Shown piece by piece: positions 48,775 through 62,075 of a stretch of DNA of 64,000 bases. The stretch is from the human T2T-CHM13v2.0 reference genome, Homo sapiens. The DNA lies in NCBI RefSeq assembly GCF_009914755.1, contig NC_060933.1; one strand, given 5' to 3'. Each line of letters starts with the position of its first letter. Position 1 is the stretch's first letter. The notes beneath the pieces are model-generated. The model saw only the letters and a list, made by a program, of their open reading frames with translations, was not told where the DNA came from and ran no database searches. The position numbers were made by a program, and so were the translations under genes.

Positions 48775-49065
48775 TTTTGGGGGTGGGAGATGCAGTCTTG
48801 CTCTGTGCCCAGGCTGGAGTGCAGTGGCATGATCCAGGCTCACCGCAACCTCCGCCTCCTGGATTCAAGCAATTCTCATGCCTCAGCCTCCTGAGTAGCT
48901 GGGACTACATGCATGTGCCACCACACCTGGCTAATTTTTGTATTTTCAGTTGAGATGGTTTCACCATGTTGGCCAGGTTGGTCTTGAACTCTTGACTTCA
49001 AGTGTTCCGCCTGCCTCAGCCTCCCTAAGTGGTGAGATTATAGGCGTGAGCCACCGTGCCTGGTC
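48775..49065 (-). mobile_element. AluS
   Basis: Reverse dimer; TSD acaccccac at 48763-48771 and 49066-49074. Confidence 0.92.
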
Positions 49066-50079
49066 ACACCCCACATTTGACAATGATGCTTTAGGACAAT
49101 TCCAGCCATTATGATCTCTTGGGTCTAGGATCTTGTCTTGAACCGCATTTGAACCTTTTGGTACATGAACACTGCTGTTGGCTGGCAAATCAAAACTTCC
49201 TGGTTTTCAGAAAAAAAAGGCTCAAGAGAGGCGCCTTGGACTTCAAATGGCGATTACAAAACATTTTGATGAGTTAAGTGTAAATGAATCAGAAGCATCT
49301 GGATTTAATTAGCCTCCAAACACAGCCATTTCCAAACTTGGGGAAGGGAAGCAGCACACTTGTGTCAAAACACATCTTGAGGGTTTCCTGCTAAATTCAA
49401 AATGATGGAAAAACAGATGGAACCATCTGCCAGGCATTCAGGTTGCTCTCCACATGGACCATCTTATCAGGGACACGGAGCTGCGGGACGTTTCTCCCGC
49501 AGACACGGACAGCGTCTCTGCGTCGCCGTTGCCAGCCCGTTCATGGCCCACATTTAATTAAACCAGGCCTACGCATGGCTGGAGAGAGCGCGGCTTCCAT
49601 GGTTTTGAAGATGGTCCAGGGCACAGTCCTCATGGGACTATGTGTGTGGTCTTCCCTTACAGCGGAAAACCCCCGTCTCCTTCTTCTCATGTCCTGTAAG
49701 TTTTTCCATGTTACCCACAAGCTGGCCACGGAGGCATCCCATTGCTGAACGCAAGCTGCTCCTGCCGCCGGTCTGTTTCGGTGACGCTGCCTGGTGTCAG
49801 GCAGTCGGGGGTATACATGCCTCTTCCCTTAGAGGTTGAGCTGCTCTTCCTCTCCAATGAGAAAGGAGCTGAAAGCTCAAGGGCCTGGGCTGTCATAGGA
49901 CGTGCTTCCAGAAGAAAGAATCCATGCATGCTGAGGCCAGAATGGAAACAGGTGCAATTCTCTTCAGAGCTTTTAAGAACTCCTGTATTGTGTCTAAGCT
50001 TTTTATGCTTTGGAGTGTCCAAATTTCCCAGTGAATGGTCAAATAATAATGATACTGTGCATTTGTTCAACAAGAGTCT

Positions 50080-50260
50080 ACAAGGTGCTTTCACACACAC
50101 AACCTCGTGAATGGGGTGAATCACCCATATTTTACAGAAGAGGGAATTGGTGGATTGAGGTGAGATCTGCTCAGGGTCTCTCAGTCAGGAAGGGGTAGGG
50201 CTGGATTTGATCTGGATCTTGAAGTTCTGAGCCTAGGGCATTTCCCAGTATTCGACATCT
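50080..50260 (-). mobile_element. MIR
   Basis: cccatattttacagaagagggaa...gaggtgagatctgctcagggtc. Confidence 0.6.
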
Positions 50261-50880
50261 ACCAAGGAGGAATGTGACAATTACCAGTGTTGTTTACGTT
50301 CAGATCTCAGACCTCCACTTGCCAGCCAGACACACCTTCCCGCAGGTAAAGCAGAACGAGCCCCAGGCTCCTGAACTCCTGCATTGCTGCCTGGGACATC
50401 CTGGTCAATGTGTAAGCACCACCCGCGCCCCATCTCACTCTCAACAGTGTCCAGCTTGAGACGATGAATTATGCGGATACTCTTCTCTGAATCCAGTCTA
50501 AAAGGGACAGATTTTTCTGGTTTTATTTGGATAAATCATTGAACTTTTCCATCCCAGCTGCTTCCCACAAACATTTCCAAATGGGTGTTTTCCTGTTTTG
50601 AGGAGTAATGTCTCTGTTTTCAGAGACTTTGAAGATTTCCTGATAGAAATACCTAATGCAGGCTCAAAGCATTGGCTGAGTGCGCACATAATTCTCTACC
50701 ACCTAGTTCTTACATTGTGCCTTGCTCCAAAGTTAACCATGGTTTCCTCATCTCTCTCAAAGAAGGAAGGAGTGGAGAGACCTGCTGTAAGCAGATTCCC
50801 ATGTAGGCCAAGCTGGTTTTTGGTGCCTTCCTGCTTCTCTTTCTCTGTCCACCTCCTACCCTCAGGTTCCATCTCTTCTC

Positions 50881-51775
50881 ATCCCCACGGACGATGGCAC
50901 TACCCCCAGGCTGTCCTCCGAGTCCCCACAGATGATGGCACCGCCCCCCAGGCTGTCCTCCGCGTCCCCACAGACGATGGCACCGCCCCAGGCTGTCCCC
51001 TGCATCTCCACAGACGATGGCACCACCCCAGGCTGTCCTCTGCGTCCCACAGACAATGGCACCACCCTCAGGCTGTCCTCGGCATCCCCACAGATGATGG
51101 CACCGCCCCCAGGCTATCCTCTGCACCCCACAGACGATGGCACAGCCCCCAGGCTGTCTTCTGCATCCCACAACAATGGCACTACCCCCAGGCTGTCCTC
51201 TGCATCCCACAGACGATGCCACCGCCCCCAGGCTGTCCTCTGCATCCCACAGACGATGGCACCACCCCCAGGCTGTCCTCTGCGTCCCACAGACGATGGC
51301 ACCACCCTCAGGCTGTCCTCGGCATCCCCACAGATGATGGCACCGCCCCCAGGCTGTCCTCTGCATCCCACAGACGATGCCACCGCCCCCAGGCTGTCCT
51401 CTGCGTCCCGCAGACGATGCCACCGCCCCCAGGCTGTCCTCTGTGTCCCACAGACGATGGCACCGCCCCCAGGCTGTCCTCTGCATCCCACAGACGATGG
51501 CACCACCCCCAGGCTGTCCTCTGCGTCCCACAGACGATGGCACCGCCCCCAGGCTGTCCTCTGCGTCCCACAGACGATGGCACAGCCCCCAAGCTGTCCT
51601 CTGCGTCCCCACAGACGATGGCACCACCCCCAGGCTGTCCTCTGCATCCCACAGACGAAGGTACTGCCCCCAGGCTCTCTCCTGTGTCCCACAGATGATG
51701 GCACCACCCCCAGGCTGTCCTCTGAGTCCCACAGACCATGGCACCGCCCCCAGGCTGTCCTCTGCATTCCCACAG
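50881..51775. repeat. 40-bp GC-rich minisatellite (VNTR), about 22 units
   Basis: Consensus CCCACAGACGATGGCACCGCCCCCAGGCTGTCCTCTGCAT with 39-41-bp variants. Confidence 0.98.
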
Positions 51776-52829
51776 TCTCTTGCATCAGCTCTCACTGAAT
51801 CTCCCACTTTTTCCTAATTGAGATAGTTTTTCCCACTTTTATTGCCCTCGCATGAGCCTTAGGGAAGGACCTAATGCCCTCATTTCCACGAATCCTCCTA
51901 GGCCTTGTTAAAGGAGCTGTTTTGGGGAATATCCCATGTGCTATGGAGTCATGGAGCTCACACGGAGGCCAGTCCCTGAGGGGTGGGGAGGGAGTGAGGA
52001 GAAGAGGGAGGAAGAAGGTTTCTGTGGACACTGCTGTCTGCCGGGAGGGTTATCTGCATGGCTCTACTGGGCCCTTCACACCTAAGAATTGCTTGCTTTC
52101 ATGAGGGGGTTCAGCCACCTTCTTAGAAGGAGAAGGGATCTTGTGGAACTGTGAGGACCTGGAAGTCCACAGAGACCGTGCACCACACGTGGGAATGGGA
52201 GCAGGGCCTGCAGCCCGGCCTCTCTGTTGTGGCTTCTCCGTGTGGACACTCCGTTTGCACACTCTTCCCTAGAGCAGCCTCCTCTGCGGACCCGCTACCA
52301 TGTCCCTCCAACGCTAACTGGCACCCAGACCCCACGGCCCCCCCATCCTCTCTCTAGCCACTTCTTCCTTCTAGCCCTTACTAGTCTTTGGTTGTAAGCA
52401 AAAGAAACCAACTCCGGTTAACCTACCCAAGAGGGAAGTACTTGGGAAGAATGCGGGGCATGTGTTCAGTAGGATACCTTGGAAGCAGATGTTGAGAAAG
52501 GGGTTTGAGTGCAAGTGATTTTTTTTCTGAGAGGTGATCTCAGGAAGCACAGGTGGAGTGGGGAGATGAGTTGAGGAAGGAAGGCCGCGATTTCAGGGCA
52601 CAAGGAGAGCAGGTTTTTTTAGGGGCCTCTGGGGAACTATACAGACTTGCCTCTGAATGAACCCCGCCCCCGAGCTGGGAGAAGCCAGGGCGTTTATCTT
52701 CAAACTCCCATCTATCCTTAGTTAATCTGGGGGTGTTAACTCTCCTGAATTCTGCCACAGGCAAGCAGAATACAGTTCCAGTCAGAGAATGTTCTCTGGC
52801 AGAGTCCAGGTGAAAAGAGCCGATGGCTA

Positions 52830-53708
<879 letters not shown>

Positions 53709-54082
53709 GAACCGCATAAGGGAGCAGTGAGTACCAGGGATGTGGGCAGGACGCCTATGACATTGCTGCAGGCAGCACGTGCAGTGAAAGAGAAACCCTG
53801 TGTCCCGGCCTCACAGACGATATGCCATGGATCTCTGTAGTGGCACAGAGTGGACAATCACTTTAGAGCACTGATCTCAATGGCTGCTTTCTCTGAGTCA
53901 TTTTGCTCAGGAGTTAAATTCCCTGGAGGGAGGGAGTCCCAGTTGTCCCATCATGAGTCAGTGGAATCTTGGGTCCAAGATGGCAGGGGATCTTGACTGA
54001 CAATGACCTCAAGATTGCATACAATGGGGAAGGTCGTTCTTTAAAAAAAATGGAGAAGTGAGGAGACCAGAAAAACAGCAAC

Positions 54083-54290
54083 TAAATTACACAGGCAGGT
54101 GGCACATGCCTGTAGTCCCAGCTATTTGGGAGGTTGAGACGAGTGGACTGTTTGAGCCCAAGAGTTTGAGGTTGCAATGAGCAATGACCACACCACTGCA
54201 CTCCAGCCTGGGGAACAGAGTGAGTCCCTGTCTCAAGAAAAAGAAAGGAAGGAAGAAAGGAAGGAAAAGAGGGAGGGAGGGAGGGAAGGA
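54083..54290 (+). mobile_element. AluJ right monomer/FRAM with (GGAA)n tail
   Basis: gcacatgcctgtagtccca...tttgagcccaagagtttgagg. Confidence 0.85.
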
Positions 54291-54904
54291 ATGGTACTGG
54301 GAAAGCCAAACCAAGAAATGCTGCCTTTGTATGTGGCTTCATCCCCACCCCCAGTTCACTTTGCTAACTGCCTAGGTCTCCAGGTACCAATCTAAATCTC
54401 ACCATAGGAATCTGCTTTATCCAGCTCATCTTTCCAAGTCAGGCCACGCAGGGCCCTGGGTAGTCAAATGGTCAGCTTCCCACCCCTTGGTCCAAAAAAC
54501 TGTGGCTAGGTGGGAGGGCTCAGTCACATGTCACAAAACTTCATTATGCCTCTTGGCAGTGACCACAAGGACAGGCAGTCCCTTCTTGCTGCAGATGCAG
54601 AGGTTAAAATCATGGACTCTAGGCTGAAGCCCCAGCCTCACCCGCTGTAGGAGTCTGCCAAAGGTCCTCAAGCTCTGCTGTAGGACACTGCCAAAGGTCC
54701 TCAAGCTCTGATGGTCAACTTCCTTATCTTTAATCCCAGTACCTACCCAGAAGTTTCCTGGGAGGACCAAATAAGAAGCCCCAAGCACACTGCCTGACCT
54801 ATGTGTTTAGTGGCGGTAGTCTATCGTTTTTATCTACAAGCCCAGTTCTGCCACCATGTCTGCTACTTAACCCTCAGTAAAGAGGACCAGATTCCTCCAT
54901 GCAG

Positions 54905-55396
54905 AGGGTAGAGCGGTTGGCTGTTTGTGCCTCGCCAGCACCCTTACCCTCATCCTCGCAGTGCGTGCTGCTTTCCAACCACCAGACCCTGCAACGCTTT
55001 GCCTGAGGGCTTTCTTTGTCTCCTGGGGTAGCTCTACTCAAGCCAGGCCAAAGTGCTAGGGAATTAAAGACCACTCTCCTCCCCTCTGCTGCCCTCCACC
55101 AATGGCCATGGAGTGTGGTGTACAAGTACCCCAGCACCCTTGCCCCTCGGGTGGGATGCATCAGAGGTTGTGTTCCATAGTGCCTTCCAGAATTCTGCAG
55201 ACCAAGAGGGTCAAGCTCCAGTTGTCCACGGTGGGAACTTGCTGGATAATGGATCCTTATTTGGCTGGCTGTCCTTCTCCGTCTCCCTTCCCCACTCCCC
55301 TGCTGTTGTTCCCCATGCTGGGATCCCCTCCGAAATAAATTACCTGCCCTTGAATTCTTGTCTCAAGGTCTCGGTCAGGAGAACACAGACTAAGCG
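54905..55396 (+). mobile_element. LTR16-like ERVL solo LTR
   Basis: tgcctgagggctttc; tacaagtaccccagc; ataaattacctgcccttgaattcttgtctcaaggtc...gactaag. Confidence 0.75.
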
Positions 55397-55998
55397 GGGA
55401 AGGGAAACTCTTTGGTTTATGAGAAGGATCAGCCTTCCAGTGTTTTTATCTTGTCCTAGCTTCTGAACCTCATGAGGATGGCTCTTGGAACACCTGGGCT
55501 CCAAGATTGGACCCTGTGATCCTCAGAACAGCCTCCTGTGCTTCTAAGCTACTCCTCACCCATATTTCTGCAATGTTGTCATGAATTCAGTTCTTTTGGC
55601 CTCTCTATCCAGCCCCCCAACCCCACCCCCATTGCATTCTGTGTTCTTAGGGGTTGGGCATGGCCCACTAAGACGCTTCTCAAACTTGACTTGCAGAAGA
55701 GGGAGATATATGAGCAGAGGGCTATGGGATTTCTGCAGCAGCTCACAAGCTCAAAATTCATTGCATCATCCCCCCACCTAAAAGTGTATGTGAATTTTGC
55801 ATTTAATGCACAAATAAATGTGCTCTTAAAAAAAGAAAGTGCTTGTCTTAATGTACACATTAATGTTTTCAATGACATGCCATTGGGTAGAATTGATGGC
55901 TCAGTAAGATGGTCTGTGCTCACTCTTGGAATTGAGGATTTCCTGGTAGTTCCTCAGGTTTCTTACTGTGACCTGTTGGAGAAGCACGGTTCACCAGA

Positions 55999-56490
55999 TG
56001 TGATGGTTAATTTCAGGTGTCGGTGTGACTGGATTAAGGATGCCCAGACAGCTGATGAAACTTGATTTCTGGGTGTGTCTGTGAAGGTGTCTCCAGCAGA
56101 CGTGAGCACTGGGATCAGTGGGCTGAGTGAAGGAGCTCTGCCCTCACCAATGAGGGTGGGTGTCGCCAGTTCCATAGAGGCCGAAGATAAAACAAAAGGT
56201 GGAGGAAGGGTGAATTCTCTCTCTCCTTGAGCTGGGACATCCATCTTCTATCCCTGGATGTCGGAGCTCCCAGCTTTGGGGCTTCTGAACTCCCAGACTC
56301 ACACCAGTGGCCTCCCTGGTTCTCAGGCCTTCAGACTTGGACTAAATTACAATGCCAGCTTTCCTGGGTCTCCAGCTTGCAGATGGCAGATCCTCTGGTG
56401 TTATGACCACTTTCTATAATACTTCTTCTTATTTCTCTCTCTGTCTCTGTCTTATTGGTTCTGTTTTTCTGGAGAACCTTGACTAACACA
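55999..56490 (+). mobile_element. MLT2 (ERVL) solo LTR
   Basis: tgtgatggttaatt start; ends ctggagaaccttgactaacaca; TSD ccag(a/g). Confidence 0.9.
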
Positions 56491-56961
56491 CCAGGTAACT
56501 TGGAACTAGGTCTTTTTCAATCTATTTACTGCCCAAGGTGAAGGCTAGAAAAGATGCAATCTTGGAATTTCTCAAGTTCCAGAAACGAAGCTTCTCAGTT
56601 GTGATGTGGCCCTGCCTGGGGAGAGCTGAGCCAGAGGACTTTCTCCATGGTCACTGGCATGGGGGCACAACTCAGTGCTCCCCAAATCTCAAATTCGGTT
56701 CTTTGCTCCAGGACAGATGCTTAAACAGAAGTAACAATGGTCTTAATAGTTCCTCTTGCCAATACATCCTGTCTCTTGGAACTGTTCTCTTCTTTTGAAG
56801 ACTGTTGGGAGAAGAAAGAAATACAAAGAAGAATTTGAAGATTTCCTTGATGGCCCAAGGGATACTCTCAGCACATCTGCCTTCCTTAAAGACCTTATTA
56901 GCATCCCTGAAATGTGCTATGAGAGATTTAACCCATTTGGTGCTATTCTTTAGAGATAGCC

Positions 56962-56972
<11 letters not shown>

Positions 56973-56993
<21 letters not shown>

Positions 56994-57100
56994 GTATATT
57001 TTAGAGATGGGATCTCCTTATGTTGCCCAGGCTGGTCTTGAACTCCTGCATCAGCCTCTGAAAGTGCTGGGATTATAAACATAAGCCACGTCACCAGGCC
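56973..57100 (-). mobile_element. FLAM/Alu monomer with (TA)n tail
   Basis: (TA)n then agagatgggatctccttatgttgcccaggctggtcttgaactcctg. Confidence 0.85.
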
Positions 57101-57519
57101 TAAAGATCTTCTCTAAGGATGTATAGACCCCCCAGCTCCTTTCGCTTTCTGAACGCAGAACACCATGAAAATTTAGTACTTGTTGAAAAAGGCATTAATA
57201 CATTCACGATTGGGAGGAAGAGGTGAATGAGAAGTTGTCATGGGGGAGTGTTAAATCAGATCTGGGGTCCTGAGAAGGTGTCCCATTACTGAAAAAAATG
57301 CATATAGACCACACGTTGAACTAAAACCATGAAGTCCTTTTACCTTTTGAAATTGATTCAAAAAGCGAATGGGATTTAATTTCATGTTATTCTGGCAAAA
57401 CCAGTGAGGAGTTCCCCTTTTCCACTTTCCACCCACAATTTCATTCAAACATAAGGTACCAAGTAGGGACCTAGGAGAAAGAGGAGAGTAGGTGGGGTGG
57501 ATGAGCAAATTTAATTGCC

Positions 57520-57900
57520 TTTATCCCATAGCAAGCGGGCCCATTTACCCATTTACAGCGTAAACTTCACAACAGGCACATTGTGGTAACAACATCTGCA
57601 CTTTATAACATGTCCTGTGACAGCAGTTCTGTCATTATCTGCTGTGTGTTTTATAATGTGTGCTGTACCCAGCGCCCAAGGCACTGTTGGGGAAGGCCTT
57701 CTTTCTACAGTGATTAGATTTATGGCCCAGGCCTCCATCTGAGGAGAGATTAGCAAGACTAAGGCTGTTTAGTTTGGCAAAGATGAGAGAAGCCGGGGAT
57801 GTGATAGGTACATTATAGAAGATGATAAATGAAGAAAGGGAAGGCTTTGGGGCTCCCTTATTTGCCATTGCAAAGACAATTAACATACTCCCTTCTCCAC
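57520..57900. promoter_or_regulatory. Putative developmental enhancer
   Basis: Repeat-free; TGACAG/CTGTCA pair at 57618-57634, TGATTAGATTTATGG at 57711-57725, TTTATAA sites. Confidence 0.4.
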
Positions 57901-59636
57901 CCTAGTATGTCATTAACTCGGGTGGTTGGAGGCTGTCGGTGGGGGCAGAGACCTCCGAAAGCCAGGCCTTGAGGGAAAGACGCTGTGCTGATGGGAAATG
58001 TCTGGGTGGATGTATTTATATGAAATAGCACCTAGGCTACATTAGTGAGGATCGGTTTACGGGGCCATCCATCCTACTTTGGGGCACGGTGGCAAGGCTG
58101 GCTGTGCCTCCTGCTTCCCCGGGGAAAGGGCCCCAGACGACTTGGCACCAGTCCCCTCCATGGGGCGTCTGGATTTCCAGCAGCCTTTCTTCCTAGGAGA
58201 CGGAGAGGGGAATCCAAGCACGGCATGGAGGCAGATATCTTGAAGGCTGCAGGGAGGGCGTGGCCTGCTGCTGCCAGGCCTTAGGACTGGTAAGGGCCAG
58301 CAGGAAAGCGGGTCACCGAGACTGCCCACCTTGAAGGGAAGGCACCTGGAGACTGCTGGATTTCATCATTCACCTGGGACTTTCTGTATCTCTGGTCCCA
58401 AAGAGAACCCTTTCATCTTTCAACACCGCAGCATGCAGGCCGGCTGGCTTACGAGGAAGGGGTCCTGCCTTTGGTGGCCAATGTTAGCACTGGGTTAACA
58501 GCACAGTCTTGGGGGCATTCCTAGTCTCCTCACTTCCCTTTTCCCAGCTCCCCTTTTCATTCCTCAGTTTCCCCACTGGAGATGGTCCTCCTAACCCCCA
58601 CTGTGTTTGGGGGTGGAAACGGTGAAGGGGTCAGTATGTTAATATCTGACTACACTTTGAAGTCAGCAGCACAAAAGCCAATCTCCTTCAGGGCTGTAAA
58701 CAATTCCCAACTGACCAACTGGGTGGCATGAATTCCTCGGCTTCCACCCTTCCCCTCCCTACAGCTCCTTGAGCAACTAAAACCTAATCCCCCCTGCAAA
58801 GGGGACTTTCCACAACTTCCCCTGCAGGCTCTCTCTCCCTCCCTCCCTTCCTCTCGCTATCCCTCTCTCCTTTTTTCCTTTCTTTCTTCTTTCTTTTCTG
58901 TCATTCTTTTTTCTTTTTGTGTTAGTAAACTTGTTATGGGAATCATAATGCGGAACGTCCTGCTGTCTGTGTATAGTTTAGGAGTGTGGCAAGCAAATCG
59001 GTTGATGGCTGTCTCTTGCTTTCTCTGAAATGGAAACACAACAGTATCCATATCTGAACAGTGCTTCTCAGACTCGCATGTTCTGGGGCAAGAAGAAATC
59101 TTACGAGGTTGGAAGAACAACAGAAAGAACAGAAGAAAGAACTCATTTCATTGATTTGTTGTGTGGCTTTGGGCAAGGAATCTAATCCTCTGGGCCATTC
59201 TCAGTAGACGGCAAAGACCTGTCCCCTCAATTCAAGTTATAATATGAAGATTGGGATTGCTAAAGATTTTGAATGCGGGGGGGGGTAAATGGGTGAGGGG
59301 GGATGGGGGAAGGGCACAGGGCCTCCCAGAGCCAGTGGTACCTTTTGTGGAGATGCTGAACAGAACATATATGGGGAATTAGGATGATGGTGGAGGAGCT
59401 GGTGGAGTAGATAAGACGGGACATCCGGACCACAGGCCATTGATAGATGCTAAATGGGTTGGGGAATATTATTTTAAGGTATGATCCAGATTTATACTAA
59501 TATTTAGTATTAAATATACTAAATTTATACACATTTAAATTAATTATTTCAATTGTTTAACTGTGCGTTTTTTTCTTTTACTAAGTGTCAGATCCCGCTG
59601 AGCTTTTGTAAATAGTAGAATTAATAAAGAAAGTAG

Positions 59637-59928
<292 letters not shown>

Positions 59929-60427
59929 AGTAAGGCAGATTTTATAGGTATCCACACCTACATTGAAAAATGGAATGAAGTGCGTTCTGCAAAGGCAAAA
60001 TCATGGAATCCACCTGCAATGCACAGAATGCTGAGCGCTTTATTATCATAGGCTCTTGGCATTGGAGACGCTTTAACATCTCCTAATCCTGGTTGTGTTT
60101 TAATGAAGTTATATGTGGTGTTTAAGGTCTCAGATCAGAGGGAGGAATAACAAAAAGAGCCTCCATGTAGGGCACTTGCAGATAGAAAATGGAGAATGTT
60201 CTTAGTGATGGCTTCATCCTTGTAAAGGTGTCAGTGAGGGTTGAGCCAAGCATATCTCATTTCAAAACAGCCTGGACCTGAGCAACATTTGCTGTTTGAT
60301 TCAAAATACCTTGACATTCCCCAGAGCTCCAGAACAGGTGTATGTTACATAGGTCCATCTGACACTCATTCTAAAGGTATGATCAAGATTATGGTTAACT
60401 CTCAAGTCAAATTGTGATCGCCATTTC

Positions 60428-60732
60428 TTTCTTTTTTCTTTTTTTTTTTTTTGAGATAGGGTCTCTGTCGCTCAGGCTGGAGCGCAGTGGCGCAGTCTCA
60501 GCTTACTGCAACCTCCGCCTCCCAGGCTAGAGCAAATCTCCAGCCTCAGCCTTCTGAGTAGCTGGGACCACAGGCCCGCACCACTACATCCGGCTAAATT
60601 TTTGATATTTTTAGTAGAGACGGAGTTTCACCATGTTGCCCAGGCTGATCTTGAACTCCTGGGCTCAAGCAATCCACCTGCCTCGGCCTCCCACAGTGCT
60701 GGGGTTACAGGCGTGAGCCACCGCACCTGGCC
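60428..60732 (-). mobile_element. AluJb/S-like
   Basis: Reverse dimer; gatc(g/t)ccatttct on both flanks. Confidence 0.92.
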
Positions 60733-61089
60733 CACGATCTCCATTTCTATAAAATGACAGCCACACTACCCTAGAAGTCCTCTGTGGGTGTTCTGTTCCT
60801 CAACAGAAGAGAACAGCATTTCAAGAGGCAGAATCTCCTTTTCAGTGCATTCCTATCCCCCCATCTCAGTCCTGTCTCCTTCTTCCTGTCCATCTCTGGG
60901 GCCCTAACCAGAAGGAGTCCACGCTGGGTGGGAGGATGGGCGGTAGAGCAGGCTCTGTCTTGGCCAGCTGCCTCTGTCCCACTCACAGGGGGTGCAGGGT
61001 GTCCTAGGCCACCCTGGCTTTATTTACCTCCCAGCCACAGTGAGGTCTGGGAGCCACTCCCAGGCAGGGCCTTCTCCCTGGCCAGCGAG

Positions 61090-61500
61090 TCATTTCGGGG
61101 GGCGGGAAGCAACCCAGGGCAGCGCCTTTGAGAGATGTGGCTGACTCTGTCTCAGTTCTCCCGGGTGGTCAGCCTGTAATTTCAAGATTTACTGGCCTCA
61201 CGGAGATAGCCGGCCTCAAATGGGGCAACACGGGTAATTACAAGAGGCTGCTCCACTAATCCTGGGTTACAAATGTTAGTTAGAAGGTAAATAAGCGCCG
61301 TGCAAGCAATTCCTGGGGCTGCATGGGCCCTGTGTTCTCTTCGCTTTATTTTCTTTTCCTTAAAGAGGGGAGAAAAATGAGAGGTGGTGGGAGGAAGGGA
61401 GAGAGAGAGGGAAGAGGAGAGAGAGAAAGAGAGAGACTAAAAAGAGAGGCTGATTCTTATTAATTTCATTATGGCCACTAAGAATGAGAAAGTCTTTGAA
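61090..61500. promoter_or_regulatory. Putative enhancer or promoter segment
   Basis: No interspersed repeats; GC box, GLI-like, TAATTA, TAATCC and GTAAATAA motifs; GA-rich tract. Confidence 0.35.
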
Positions 61501-61665
61501 GCCCAAATTATTTTAATACTTTTTTGGTTTGTTTTATATTTGGAACTGGAAAAAATTAGGAAGCTGTATTTCTAAAGTTCAAGAGAAGTAGTGTTGCAGA
61601 TTCTGCCAGTTGGTGGCTGAACTTGGGCTGACAGAATGATTTTTGGGAAAATGTCTCCAAACTGA

Positions 61666-62075
<410 letters not shown>

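Noticed and set aside
50598-51807. 365/366-aa ORFs as protein-coding genes
   Set aside because: Entirely explained by the stop-free 40-bp minisatellite; open on both strands; no domain-like content
56756-56953. Protein-like peptide KKYKEEFEDFLDGPRD after a pyrimidine tract ending in ag
   Set aside because: No convincing splice donor, no partner exons and no family I recognise; tblastn/PhyloCSF would be needed
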